From Deferribacterales bacterium (GTDB lineage Bacteria > Chrysiogenota > Deferribacteres > Deferribacterales > Geovibrionaceae): DNA of 64,000 bases. Both the position numbers and the translations under genes were made by a program. Position 1 is the stretch's first letter, and each line of letters starts with the position of its first letter. The DNA is taken from contig JBFWMA010000007.1 of assembly GCA_050251875.1 (NCBI GenBank), positions 105,431 to 169,430 on the forward strand. The letters run 5' to 3'. Of the stretch, positions 30,984 through 41,631 are shown in pieces. A model generated the notes under the pieces. That model was not told the origin of the DNA. It worked only from the letters and a program-made list of their open reading frames with translations, and searched no databases.

Positions 30984-33900
30984 CTATATACTGCTTTCTA
31001 CTATCTGGATTTCTTCAGGGGATAAACCATAAAGCTCATAAACCATTTGATCTATTTCTTTTTCGGTTTTGTCTATATTAGCCTGAATAGTCTTTATTTC
31101 AGACACACACTTGTCGAAATATTCCATCCATTCGGCTTTATCTTTCAATGATAGCTCAATCTTCTGTTTTTTGAGTTCAGATAAAAAAAGATTAAAATCA
31201 TTAATATAAAACTCTAATAGTTTTCCTGACAAATGTATGTCTTTCATTTCTGCTGTTAATAAATTTATGAATCTTTCCGACACTGCTTTTATTAATTTAC
31301 GATTATTAATCATAATCTCAGATTTATTTTGAAATTTTAAGTAATATTCCGTCAAATCCGGAAAAGAAAAATTTTCTAAATATTTTGTTTTAAATCTAAA
31401 AAAACCGCCTCGTAATTCAGGAGCTGTCATTGTTATAAAATACCAGAATAGTGAGGAGTTTAATATAGATAGTATTGATTTATAATGATTTAAATCATTA
31501 TTTCTTAAGATTAATCCATAGGTAGTATCATTATGATAAAATAAGCCATTTTCATCCAATGCCATTGAGGGGAAGTAACACACATCTGGAGTTATGATTT
31601 TAACTGCTGATTGGTTATTGCTATTTCTAAAGTTCCATAATGAATACCAGCAAGGGTATTGCATCTTTTCGCTTCCTCTATGTTCTAATCGCATTTTATG
31701 AGATAATAAATAACTGTAACACTTGGGAAATTCTGTTTTCAATGTCTTTTCGTCTATTAATTCAGTTTTATCACCATTTAACCGATATGTGTAAATCAGT
31801 CTCGTATTATCGTAATCTATTAAATACTTATCGACATTTTTTGCGCCAACCAGCGGCTTCGTCACGTCTCTTTCAATCTCGATCCTATCTCCAACAAGTT
31901 TACTAAATCCACTAACATTATTTCCAGATATGACACAGTCATATAAATAAAAAGCACTGTTATCTCCTGAAACAATACCCTGAAAAGCACCTCTGAATAA
32001 GTCATTATATTTGTTCTGTTGTTTTGCTACTTTCTCAATAATTACTTTTTCAGTATCATCAGCAAAATACCAAGGTTTATTACTCAGAGAGTCATATTCT
32101 ATTCTCGAAAAAGACAGCGAATTATTAATAAAATCAGGTGCAGTTTTAGAAAACAATATCTTAGAATTATTCTTTGATAATTTAATAACACATGTATATG
32201 CAGAGGCATCTTCAAATACCATATGGCTTCCAAAATGAATAACTTCTTCAACAAATTTTCTATCAAGTAATAGTTTCCTAATTCCTTTTCCGAAATCTGT
32301 AATAAAAAACTTGTGAGGTAGAATATATGAGCATTTGCCGTTTGTTTTTAATAGCTTGAAGACAAGTTCAATAAAAAGAACATAAATATCGTATTTTCCA
32401 ACAGCAGAAGTGAAATTTTGCTCATAATACAGTGATTCATTTTCATAGTTTGTTTTTAAGCCTTGAATACGAATATACGGTGGGTTACCAATTATGACAT
32501 CAAAGCCACCACTATTCATTATATCTTTGAATTCTTCATGCCAGTTAAAAGCCTTTTCGCCTGCATACGCAGGATCATCTATAAGAGAGTTACCACATTT
32601 AATGTTTCCATTGAGATCTGAAAGCTTCCTGCCCTTTTGAGCTGTACGAAGCCACAAAGAGAGTTTTGCAATTTCTACACTCTCATCGTTTATATCCACA
32701 CCGTAGAGGTTATGTTCCAAAATCTCTTTGTCTGTATCCGTCAGTCGCAGCACTGTGTCTTTAGTCAGTTCTGCAATCATATCATCTATTAAAGAATGTT
32801 CTTTAATAAGATAGTCTAAAGCTTCATTAAGAAATGCTCCACTACCACATGCAGGGTCTAATATTTTTAAGCTAAATAACCATTTTTTATAATTTTCTAG
32901 TAGTTCTTTGATTTGTTTACCTTTTTCATTAAGATCTTTATTCTTGCCCTTTGTTTTTTTATAATCTTTGCTTAAATCAAAATCATAAAGTCCAATCTCT
33001 TCTTTCTTATTTCTACATAGAATACCAATAGTGTTTTCAATAATGTACTTTGTTATGAACTTTGGCGTATAAAACACGCCATCCTTTTTACGGCGTGTTC
33101 TTGATTTATCAACCTTCTCTCCACTGATTTCTGCGGATTTTTCTTCTATATCACCAAGAGAATGCTCAAAAATATGTCCAAGTATGTTGACATCCACTTC
33201 TGAGTCAAAATCATACTTGGAAAGCGTCATACAGTTCTTAATGAGTGGGGCATCATCTATAACAATTTCATCTAACATACTATCCGGCTTAAATAAGCCG
33301 CCATTATATGCATGAATAATATAACCATTTGATTCATAGCCATTGTTGAGGTATCCAAAGAATTTAATAAAACGCTCATACAGATGTCTATATTCATCAA
33401 GATCTTTTAACTTTTGCCATTGGGCAATCACTTCTGATATTGAATTTGGAGGAATTAGCCCCCTATCCTCTGCAAAAAAGATAAATAAAAATCTATCAAG
33501 TAACTTCTGTGTCTTTTTATAAAGCTCAAGCTTATCTACGGCTGGATTCTTCAGGATAATATTCTGATAAATCTCTTCTCTGAAAACAGAATAATCTGCG
33601 TACAGCTTATTAGAAATACTTTCTTCGTGCACTTTAGATGCTGTCTTCAGCTTAAAAGGAATATCAGAAAGAATATTTTCTTTATTAATAAGAAAATACA
33701 TCAGTTTAAATTCATGCCCTTTTATATCAAAAAGGTTGAATTCTTCATATTCGGTTGCATCATCGACATAAAAACGGATTAAGCGAAAATTTGAAGTAAT
33801 AACATAACGGCAGTCTTTTTGACCGTTCTTATATCGAAACGCCTGATCCTGTATGCTCTCAAGATTTTTTGTTTTGTTTGATTTAAGCTCAATGACAGCA

Positions 33901-34193
33901 ACAGGTTTACCGTCTTTCAGGATTGCCCCATCAGCCTTCTTAGCATCTTGAAGATTTTTAAACTCTGTAGTCAGGTTATAACTAGGGTCTGGATTAATCG
34001 TGTACCCGAAAACATTTACAAACAAGTCTCTTAAAAATCCTTCCTGATACTGCTCTTCTTTAGAATCTGCAATGTTCTGAAGCCGCTCCTGATTGCCATA
34101 GTATTTCTTAAATACTTCAAAAGCATCACTGACTTTCTTTTTGTCTATCGACTTTAAATAGCTATCAAGAACCGATTTCTGAAACATACTCAT
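30984..34193 (-). CDS. Type IIG (Eco57I-like) fused restriction endonuclease / m6A methyltransferase
   Basis: N-terminal ADG..VIELK nuclease; YNGGLF, GVFYTP, LDPACGSGAFL (motif I), IIGNPPY (motif IV); TaqI-C-like TRD; IDQMVYELYGL C-terminus. Confidence 0.92.
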   Translation of the reverse strand: MSMFQKSVLDSYLKSIDKKKVSDAFEVFKKYYGNQERLQNIADSKEEQYQEGFLRDLFVNVFGYTINPDPSYNLTTEFKNLQDAKKADGAILKDGKPVAVIELKSNKTKNLESIQDQAFRYKNGQKDCRYVITSNFRLIRFYVDDATEYEEFNLFDIKGHEFKLMYFLINKENILSDIPFKLKTASKVHEESISNKLYADYSVFREEIYQNIILKNPAVDKLELYKKTQKLLDRFLFIFFAEDRGLIPPNSISEVIAQWQKLKDLDEYRHLYERFIKFFGYLNNGYESNGYIIHAYNGGLFKPDSMLDEIVIDDAPLIKNCMTLSKYDFDSEVDVNILGHIFEHSLGDIEEKSAEISGEKVDKSRTRRKKDGVFYTPKFITKYIIENTIGILCRNKKEEIGLYDFDLSKDYKKTKGKNKDLNEKGKQIKELLENYKKWLFSLKILDPACGSGAFLNEALDYLIKEHSLIDDMIAELTKDTVLRLTDTDKEILEHNLYGVDINDESVEIAKLSLWLRTAQKGRKLSDLNGNIKCGNSLIDDPAYAGEKAFNWHEEFKDIMNSGGFDVIIGNPPYIRIQGLKTNYENESLYYEQNFTSAVGKYDIYVLFIELVFKLLKTNGKCSYILPHKFFITDFGKGIRKLLLDRKFVEEVIHFGSHMVFEDASAYTCVIKLSKNNSKILFSKTAPDFINNSLSFSRIEYDSLSNKPWYFADDTEKVIIEKVAKQQNKYNDLFRGAFQGIVSGDNSAFYLYDCVISGNNVSGFSKLVGDRIEIERDVTKPLVGAKNVDKYLIDYDNTRLIYTYRLNGDKTELIDEKTLKTEFPKCYSYLLSHKMRLEHRGSEKMQYPCWYSLWNFRNSNNQSAVKIITPDVCYFPSMALDENGLFYHNDTTYGLILRNNDLNHYKSILSILNSSLFWYFITMTAPELRGGFFRFKTKYLENFSFPDLTEYYLKFQNKSEIMINNRKLIKAVSERFINLLTAEMKDIHLSGKLLEFYINDFNLFLSELKKQKIELSLKDKAEWMEYFDKCVSEIKTIQANIDKTEKEIDQMVYELYGLSPEEIQIVESSI

Positions 34194-34223
34194 CTCTACC
34201 GCCTAAACACTTATCAAACTAAA

Positions 34224-35285
34224 TCACATAACATGATATAACTTATTTATGTTTTGTACCAATAAAATTAAAGCTACCTGCAAAGAGGAAATTAATATTG
34301 CATTATCAATTCCGCATTTTAATGTCTTAAAAACTGATGTTATGTAACTAGCAAGTACAAGATATGACAAAATATTTTGTATAGCTTTTAACTCTAAGCC
34401 ATGGAAGATATACGGACTTAATTCATACCCGCACAGATAAGCAATATATATTAATAACAAATGCATCAGATTTGTCGTAACAAAAAAAGAGTATGCTGAT
34501 TTAACTTTGAAAATCCTAAGACTACACTGCCAGCATATTGCTGCAAAAAATAAGGCAAAGCCCATATAAATAAAGTTATTCAATAATTTAGGAGTCATTA
34601 TCCCGATAGCTCCCAATTTAACAGCCTTTTCAACATTTAAATTGAGCCCTCTTTCAACTGCCGAATAACCTGTTCTAATAAAAATGTTATAACAAACAAA
34701 AAAGACGGCAAAATAGATACTAATGACTAAACCATAGACATTATTTCCAAGTTTTTCATAACTTATTCTTTCAGGGGAAATGTATATCCCGGGGAAAAAT
34801 AACAGAAAATATCTCAAAAGATATGTCAAATAGAAGCCAATTCCCTTAGAAGTACGTTTTGTTATTTTGAAAAGCAGGACACTATCTTCAATAACATAAT
34901 TTTCATAGTAATTCTCATAGATATGATCTCGGAAAATGCTTACTTTTAATGTTTTGAGAGCACTACTGATTTTTTGTCTATCAGTCGAACTCGACTCAGA
35001 CTGATTAATCATCAGCCACAAGTCTTTAATTTTATCATAATCTTCAGTTAAATTATCTTTATTAGATAGAAATTGAATGATTGCTTCAAGATAGTTCCTT
35101 GCTGCTTCAGGAATTTTGTCACTATACTTCTTGTTTTTAAATCTATCTTTAAACTCTTTTAAATACTCAAGTGTCAACAAACGTTCATCATCTGAATAAA
35201 CAATTTTTTCATTCTCACTCACCTGAAACACCTCTAAAGCACATAACTTATCCCTGTTAATAGATAACTTATGTTTACCTACCAA
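34224..35285 (-). CDS. Hypothetical membrane protein (soluble N-terminus, about 6 TMs)
   Basis: 353-aa open frame in AT-rich DNA with a hydrophobic C-terminal two-thirds; start uncertain. Confidence 0.6.
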   Translation of the reverse strand: MVGKHKLSINRDKLCALEVFQVSENEKIVYSDDERLLTLEYLKEFKDRFKNKKYSDKIPEAARNYLEAIIQFLSNKDNLTEDYDKIKDLWLMINQSESSSTDRQKISSALKTLKVSIFRDHIYENYYENYVIEDSVLLFKITKRTSKGIGFYLTYLLRYFLLFFPGIYISPERISYEKLGNNVYGLVISIYFAVFFVCYNIFIRTGYSAVERGLNLNVEKAVKLGAIGIMTPKLLNNFIYMGFALFFAAICWQCSLRIFKVKSAYSFFVTTNLMHLLLIYIAYLCGYELSPYIFHGLELKAIQNILSYLVLASYITSVFKTLKCGIDNAILISSLQVALILLVQNINKLYHVM

Positions 35286-35329
35286 GATATTAACACATAA
35301 AATCTAAGAAAATGCAATTGGAGGAATCT

Positions 35330-35515
35330 ATGAAAAAATATTTAAACATTGATGAAGTTTCTGAGTACATAAACAAAAAGAAGGCAACCATCTATCAGCT
35401 CACTCATATGAGGAAAATCCCGCACATAAAAAGCGGAGGAACTCTTCTGTTCGATCCTGATGATCTTGATGCATGGCTTGACTCTCAGAAAATAAGAGTG
35501 AGGAAAAACAAATGA
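35330..35515 (+). CDS. Excisionase / HTH_17 DNA-binding protein
   Basis: YLNIDEVSEYI...ATIYQL....IPH.K.G..L.F...DLD.W; GGAGG RBS; ATGA overlap with the relaxase. Confidence 0.88.
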   Translation: MKKYLNIDEVSEYINKKKATIYQLTHMRKIPHIKSGGTLLFDPDDLDAWLDSQKIRVRKNK

Positions 35516-38189
35516 GTCTACTCAGGGCAATAGCAATCTCAAACGCACTGAACTATTATTATGAGAAAGATCCCATATTTAATGGTGTATCTTTTGAAAA
35601 CACCAAATGGAGCGGAAAAGCCGCAGAAGAATTAGGGTTAAGCGGTAATATTGAAAAAGCCCATTTTGAAAGAATATTAAGGGGGCAAAATCCAAGAAGT
35701 AACGAACAACTTATCCAAAATGGAGTAAATAACAACCACAGAGCTGGTATAGACTTTGTATTGTCTGCGCCTAAATCGGTCTCTGTTCATGCTTTACATG
35801 TAGGAGACAGTAGAATAGTCGATGCTCATACCAGAGCAGTTGAAAAAACTATTCAATATATTGAATCAATAGCTATGGCAAGGCAAACGAAAGACAATAC
35901 AACCTCTTTTGTCAAAACAAATAATATAGCAGCGGCTATTTTCCATCATTCAACATCTCGATCTAACGATCCACAATTACATTCACATACAATAGTCGCC
36001 AACTTGACTAAGTCTGAAGATGGTTGGCGTGCTACTTCAAATGAAGTTTTTTTTTGAGCCAAAAAATGATTAACCAAGTATATCAAAATCATCTAGCACA
36101 AAATATTGTTGAACTTGGATACAATATTGACCGCAAAGGATCATCATTTGAGCTGTCTGGGTTTAAACAGGAGTGGATTGATCAGTTCTCCAAGAGATCA
36201 GACGAAGTCACAAAATATCTGAATGAAAATATCGATAAGTTAAGAGAGAAGTATCCTGAAGCTTCTGAACAGAAACTTAAAGATATGGCTATTCTGGCGA
36301 GCAGAGATGAAAAAGATAAATCCATTACCTCCGCAGAATTGAAAGACTTGTGGGAATCTCAGGTCAATCGAGACAGCATCGAACAAACAGTCAGTAATTC
36401 CATTGAGCAACAACTTCAAAGCTACACACTAGAAAAAACAGCAGATCTCATTACAGAAAACCAGTCCACTTTCACAAAGGAGCAGTTAGCGGAAACATAC
36501 CTTAAGTTGAATGTTGGCTCTCGAACTATAGAAGACTTCGAAAAGGAGTTTCAAAAAACATTTTCAAATGAACAAATTCAAAAAATCGGAGAAGTATCAA
36601 CTAGAATAGGAACTAGAACTATTAATTTGCCGTCAACAATCTATACAACAGCCAACGTAATAGAATCAGAAAAGGCGATTCTCAATACAATTGAAAATCA
36701 GAAGAGTACCAACTCATATATGACGGCTGAACAGGTGATCCAGTATCTTGAAAACACCTCATTGACTGCAGGACAACAAAAACTTGACGAGCATATCGCC
36801 ACTACGAAGAAGCAGTTTTCGCTCATTCAGGGAGACGCAGGAACTGGCAAAACTTATGCATTAGACATGGTTGCAAATATTTTACAGCAGGAATCTGATG
36901 TTAAGATTATCGGAGCGTCATTCACAGGGAAAGCCGCCGCTGAAATTGAAGAAAAAACGAATGGTAATATTCAGGCTCACACACTCCATAGCCTTTTGAA
37001 CAACTGGGATAAACATATTAAACTTGATCAACCGTCTCTCCTCATTGTTGATGAAGCCTCAATGATTTCTTCAAAACAGTTTGCATCTATTATTGAACAT
37101 GCTCAAGGTACGGACACCAGAGTCGTGTTTATTGGCGATACCAAACAGCTACAGCCAATTCAGGCTGGGCAAATTTTCAAAGATGCTATCGACAAATTCG
37201 GTGCAGATGTTGTTCTCTCTGAAAACTTACGTCAACAGACCTCACTTACACAAGAGGTAGTCGGATCAATCAAAGACTATCACCAAGGAATAAACGACAA
37301 TGGTATACAGCAAGCCTTATCCGTATTATCAGCCAATGATAAACTTCACGAAAGTTCTGATTTTAACAAAGATGTTATTGAGAATTACAGGAATTTCATC
37401 GAGCCGGGAAAGAATGTCTTAATTCTCACACATAATAATGAACTCAAAGACTCTTTAAATCTAGATGCTAGAAAGGTTTTATTACCTGATAACGCTGACC
37501 GTTTTGAACTCACTGTCAGAGAGCAGATAAATATCAGTCAGACCGATAAATTCAATTCTCACAGCTTTGAAGCTGGACAGAGTATCTTTATAACAGCCGC
37601 CATCGATAACTTTAAAGCCGGATCTGAATGGCAGATTTCATATATAGACCATGAAAACAACAGCCTTAGTGTCATAAATCCCAAAGGATACTCTGAATCA
37701 ATCAGCCTATCCGAACACGGCAATCACATTTCGGCATTTACTGAGCAGAACAAAGAATTTGCCGTAGGAGACAAAATTGTATTCGAGAAGAACGACTACC
37801 TACTTGATGTCAAAAATGGGCAGACAGGTCAAATAGAGAGCTATGAGAACGGCATTCTCTCAATCAACAAAGACAACGGCGATTCAGTCAATTTTAAACC
37901 TGAAAACTATAACTACCTTGATTATGGATATGCTCTGACAGTCCACAAAGCTCAAGGCCAAACATGTGACACCGTCCAATATGTCACCGAATCTAATGAC
38001 AAAATGATCAATTCTGAAAGCTTCTACGTGGCAATGACCAGAGCCACAGATGACATACACATATACACCGATGACGCTGACAAACTAGCAGATCGAGCAA
38101 GCATTCATGAGAATGAAATATCGCTTCATGACATGCTTGAGAACACCAACACCCACGAAACAGAAATGGACAACCAGATAGAATTTTAA
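35512..38189 (+). pseudogene. MOBF (TrwC/TraI-like) relaxase-helicase, split by a frameshift at T9 (36047-36055)
   Basis: 5' ORF: YYY, W.GK.A..LGL, DFVLSAPKSVS and H.TSR..DPQLHSH; 3' ORF continues the relaxase (FSKR) into an SF1 helicase (GDAGTGKT, DEAS, GDTKQL, YALTVHKAQG). Confidence 0.88.
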
Positions 38190-38378
38190 GACTCGGAAAA
38201 GGAGGATACTTCACGCAACCATGTTGCTTTGAAGAATCCGAATAAAATACAAGAATATAAATAAGTTAAATAAAGAATTCTGTAATGTTAAATGCACTAC
38301 AGAGTGTGCGGATAAAAGCTGAAAAGTCTGGCCAGACAATGCACTAACAACGCACGACAAAATTAATACGGAGGACAG

Positions 38379-38762
38379 ATGTATAAGAACATCACTTTCA
38401 GGATCAGTTTTGCTGATTATGCCTCCCTCCAATCCTTCGCTGAGTCAAAGAACTTGACTATAAGCGAAGCCTTGAGAGAGCTAATCCGAAGCATCGGAAA
38501 ACAGAAAACATTTGAGGCCAGATTAATGGATTTTATGAAGAAAATCGAATCTGAACTTAATGCTTCTGGCGGTTATGACACCACCCTTTTGAAACAGATC
38601 TTTGACGAGGTAATCAACGTCAACAAAGGTCTGGCTATCATGGTGAACAAAAATAGCCGGAACGAATGGGACGACATGGTTAAGATCAAAAAAGCTCTTT
38701 ATCTACTGTCAAATTCATCACCACAAACAGCAGCAGAAATGAAAAAGCTGCTGGAAAGCTAA
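38379..38762 (+). CDS. Ribbon-helix-helix relaxosome accessory protein (TrwA/MobC-like)
   Basis: NITFRIS..DY..L...A......ISEALRELI RHH pattern; GGAGG RBS; upstream of the T4CP. Confidence 0.6.
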   Translation: MYKNITFRISFADYASLQSFAESKNLTISEALRELIRSIGKQKTFEARLMDFMKKIESELNASGGYDTTLLKQIFDEVINVNKGLAIMVNKNSRNEWDDMVKIKKALYLLSNSSPQTAAEMKKLLES

Positions 38763-38772
38763 GGAGCATTTA

Positions 38773-40548
38773 ATGAGTGAAAATCATAATTACACTGGTT
38801 TTGAAGCGTGGCTTCACAACCTCAAAATGTCAATGAGGATGATATTATTCATCCTCGCCGCTCTGGTCATTGTATATTTAGCAGTAGTGGTAACATACGT
38901 CTACTTCTCTTATGACAAGGATCAGCTCTATTATATGTACAAGTGGCTACTGTCAGGAGCATTGGCAAGGACACTTCCAAATTTTGCTATGCACCTGAAC
39001 TATGACGGCAAGGTTATAGAAGTAGCTGCTCATAACCTGTTTTCAACCTATTATGAGCAGGGAATAAAAGACTTACTGACTCTCAAGTCGATAGCAATGA
39101 AATCCTTGTTGGTGTTTCTGCTGTTCTTTCCTCTACATAAGTTCTTCAGTAACAAAACGAAGAGTCAATCAAAGGATGAGTACGCCAGAGGATCACAATT
39201 AAGCACACCGAAGGAGTTGAGAAAGCAGCTTAGAACAGAACAACTGAGCCTCTCATTTGGAGAAGTCAAAATGCCTGTAAAAGCAGAGGTGAAGCATTGC
39301 TTCATAGTCGGAGCAACAGGCAAAGGGAAAACTGTTCTGACAAGCTCATTTATAGAAGAACTGCGAAGACGTGGAGAAAAGGCAATCATCTATGATTTTA
39401 AAGGTGATTACGTCAGTAGATTTTTTGATCCTGAGAGAGATTTACTCTTCAACCCACTGGATAGCAGATCTATCAACTGGGACATCTTTTCAGATATGAA
39501 AACGCCTATGGACATCATATCTATGACGGCCTCTCTGATTCCGGAACAGGCACACACATCACAGCCGTTTTTCAATTTGGCGGCAAGAGATGTTTTCACT
39601 GGTGTCGTAAGCCATCTATTCCAGACGAACCAGAAGAATTATTCCGCTCTCTGGAATACACTGACAAAGTCACCTGAAAAATTAGCAGAAATTCTTCGAA
39701 ATACTAAAGGCGGCACGGCAGGAGCGGCACACATAGCAGACCCCTCAAATAAACAGACAGGGTCAGTTCTGTCAACTATGCACCTGTATTCTAAAATCTT
39801 TGAATACTTCAAAGATGATAATGACTCATTCAGCATTGAAGAATGGGTGAAAAACGGATCAGGGATATTGTTTATATCCAACTATGACAAGCTAAAAGAG
39901 ACTCTTAAGCCGATTCTGACAATGTTCATAGATACTGTTGCCAGAAACCTGATATCCATGCCTGACAATCCAAATAACAGACTATTCTTTATTCTGGATG
40001 AGTTTGGTACTCTTCAAAAGATGCAGAGAATCGTTGAGCTTTTGACATTATCCCGAAGTAAAGGCGGTGCTGTTTTCTTGGGTATTCAGGACATCGGACA
40101 GATAGATAATATCTACGGCAAAGATCTTAGAAATACCATCATCAATGCTTGCAGCACAAATGCGATATTCGGGGTCAATGATCCCGACACCGCTGACTTT
40201 CTCAGCCGCAAGATTGGAGATACGGAATATCACAAGGCTCTGAGTGGAATGACGTTTGGATCGTCAGAAAGAAACTCTGTAAACATGCACAGACAAAAAG
40301 TCAGAGAACCACTGTTTATTCCATCTCAGATTATGCAGCTGCCAGATTTACAGTGCTATGTGAAGTTTCCCAACTTTGCCGGCTGCATGACAACCTTAAA
40401 GCCTAAAAGTTATTCAGTGAATCAGGAAGAATTCAAAATGAGGTCAGATCTCTCATTGGAGAATATCTTTTGGGAGAGGCAAAAGATCATTGATGAGCTA
40501 CAAATTAACAAAACAGACCAAGATACTTCAAAGTTAGAAAAGTTTTAG
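38773..40548 (+). CDS. Type IV coupling protein (TrwB/TraD family)
   Basis: Two N-terminal TMs, GATGKGKT, IIYD.KGDY, FNPLD.RS..W, LDEF..L and LSRSKGG...LGIQ. Confidence 0.93.
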   Translation: MSENHNYTGFEAWLHNLKMSMRMILFILAALVIVYLAVVVTYVYFSYDKDQLYYMYKWLLSGALARTLPNFAMHLNYDGKVIEVAAHNLFSTYYEQGIKDLLTLKSIAMKSLLVFLLFFPLHKFFSNKTKSQSKDEYARGSQLSTPKELRKQLRTEQLSLSFGEVKMPVKAEVKHCFIVGATGKGKTVLTSSFIEELRRRGEKAIIYDFKGDYVSRFFDPERDLLFNPLDSRSINWDIFSDMKTPMDIISMTASLIPEQAHTSQPFFNLAARDVFTGVVSHLFQTNQKNYSALWNTLTKSPEKLAEILRNTKGGTAGAAHIADPSNKQTGSVLSTMHLYSKIFEYFKDDNDSFSIEEWVKNGSGILFISNYDKLKETLKPILTMFIDTVARNLISMPDNPNNRLFFILDEFGTLQKMQRIVELLTLSRSKGGAVFLGIQDIGQIDNIYGKDLRNTIINACSTNAIFGVNDPDTADFLSRKIGDTEYHKALSGMTFGSSERNSVNMHRQKVREPLFIPSQIMQLPDLQCYVKFPNFAGCMTTLKPKSYSVNQEEFKMRSDLSLENIFWERQKIIDELQINKTDQDTSKLEKF

Positions 40549-40554
40549 GATACT

Positions 40555-40580
40555 AGCCCCTTATTATTAAGGGGCTTTTT
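40555..40580 (+). terminator. Terminator after the T4CP gene
   Basis: AGCCCCTTA/TAAGGGGCT stem followed by a T-run. Confidence 0.8.
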
Positions 40581-40614
40581 ACCATAATACATGTACAAAA
40601 CTCATGATACATAT

Positions 40615-41586
40615 TTAGCTTTGAACTTCTAGATATTCGACATCTATAGAAAGTCTTGAGTTTTTTATCAGGTCAGAAGTAAAGTCTTCCCAAGTTCCTT
40701 TTTCAACCCTCCTAGACAAATAAAAAGCTGCCATACGCTGAAATTTTCTTGAAACTATTTCCAAATCTTTTATAAATATTTCCAATCTTTCAGAATTATT
40801 ATTCCCATAACTCAGAAAAATTGAATCACGATAATTAGCTTTCCCTCGATAACGAAACGCTTGAATTAAATAGTTTACTACGTATTTAGACAGGTGGTTA
40901 TCTCTTAGTTCTTTAGCAGCTTTGCTACGAAAATTGTCTACACCCAGAGACTTAAACTCTCGGCTAGTTTTTACTCTCTCTTCTATACGACATTTTTCAT
41001 ATTCCGACGTGCCACTGAGATATGAAACAATTGCGCCCCAAGCTTCATCATTACTTTCTGCATGAATATTTAGATTATATATATTGTTGCCACGATATTC
41101 AGCAATTTTAGTTTCAATTTCATTTTGAATAAGACTATTCAGACTCAACGAAAAAGGTGGCATTACTAGCTGATGGTCAACAATATCAGATTGCCATACC
41201 TTTGCTGTTAGAGCATGAGTTTCCTGTGTAGATCCTGATGCAGCAGCAACCATAGCACTACACGTAAAATAAGTACTGTAATACCAGCTAATAATAGCAG
41301 AACGACATACATCATAAGGGTGAGAAATATCTTCACATAGTCTAACAAGTGCAGCTTGATTATGAAAAGCCATCATCATGTTCTCAAAAACTAATGTATC
41401 CGCTTCATGATTCAGTGTACGTCTACTTACTCTTTGATAATAACTATTTATATTTTCATCTTCAAGGGAACCATTTTGAACTATAAAGGAAAGCGCTCGC
41501 ATCCAATTTACAGTACCTTGAAATGCAAAATTTGGTTTCTGCCGACTATCCGCATCAAACAAACGATCTAATAACCACTTTGCCAT
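40615..41586 (-). CDS. HEPN-like protein (putative RNase) with insertions
   Basis: AIISWYYSTY..CSAM......TH and FRYRGKANY match the UPF0332-type HEPN pattern (YY.....AL....H ... R..ADY); ATG 41586 behind GAGGA. Confidence 0.6.
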   Translation of the reverse strand: MAKWLLDRLFDADSRQKPNFAFQGTVNWMRALSFIVQNGSLEDENINSYYQRVSRRTLNHEADTLVFENMMMAFHNQAALVRLCEDISHPYDVCRSAIISWYYSTYFTCSAMVAAASGSTQETHALTAKVWQSDIVDHQLVMPPFSLSLNSLIQNEIETKIAEYRGNNIYNLNIHAESNDEAWGAIVSYLSGTSEYEKCRIEERVKTSREFKSLGVDNFRSKAAKELRDNHLSKYVVNYLIQAFRYRGKANYRDSIFLSYGNNNSERLEIFIKDLEIVSRKFQRMAAFYLSRRVEKGTWEDFTSDLIKNSRLSIDVEYLEVQS

Positions 41587-41631
41587 ATATTTCCTCAATA
41601 TTTATGCAGAATCATAGATAATTTATATCTG

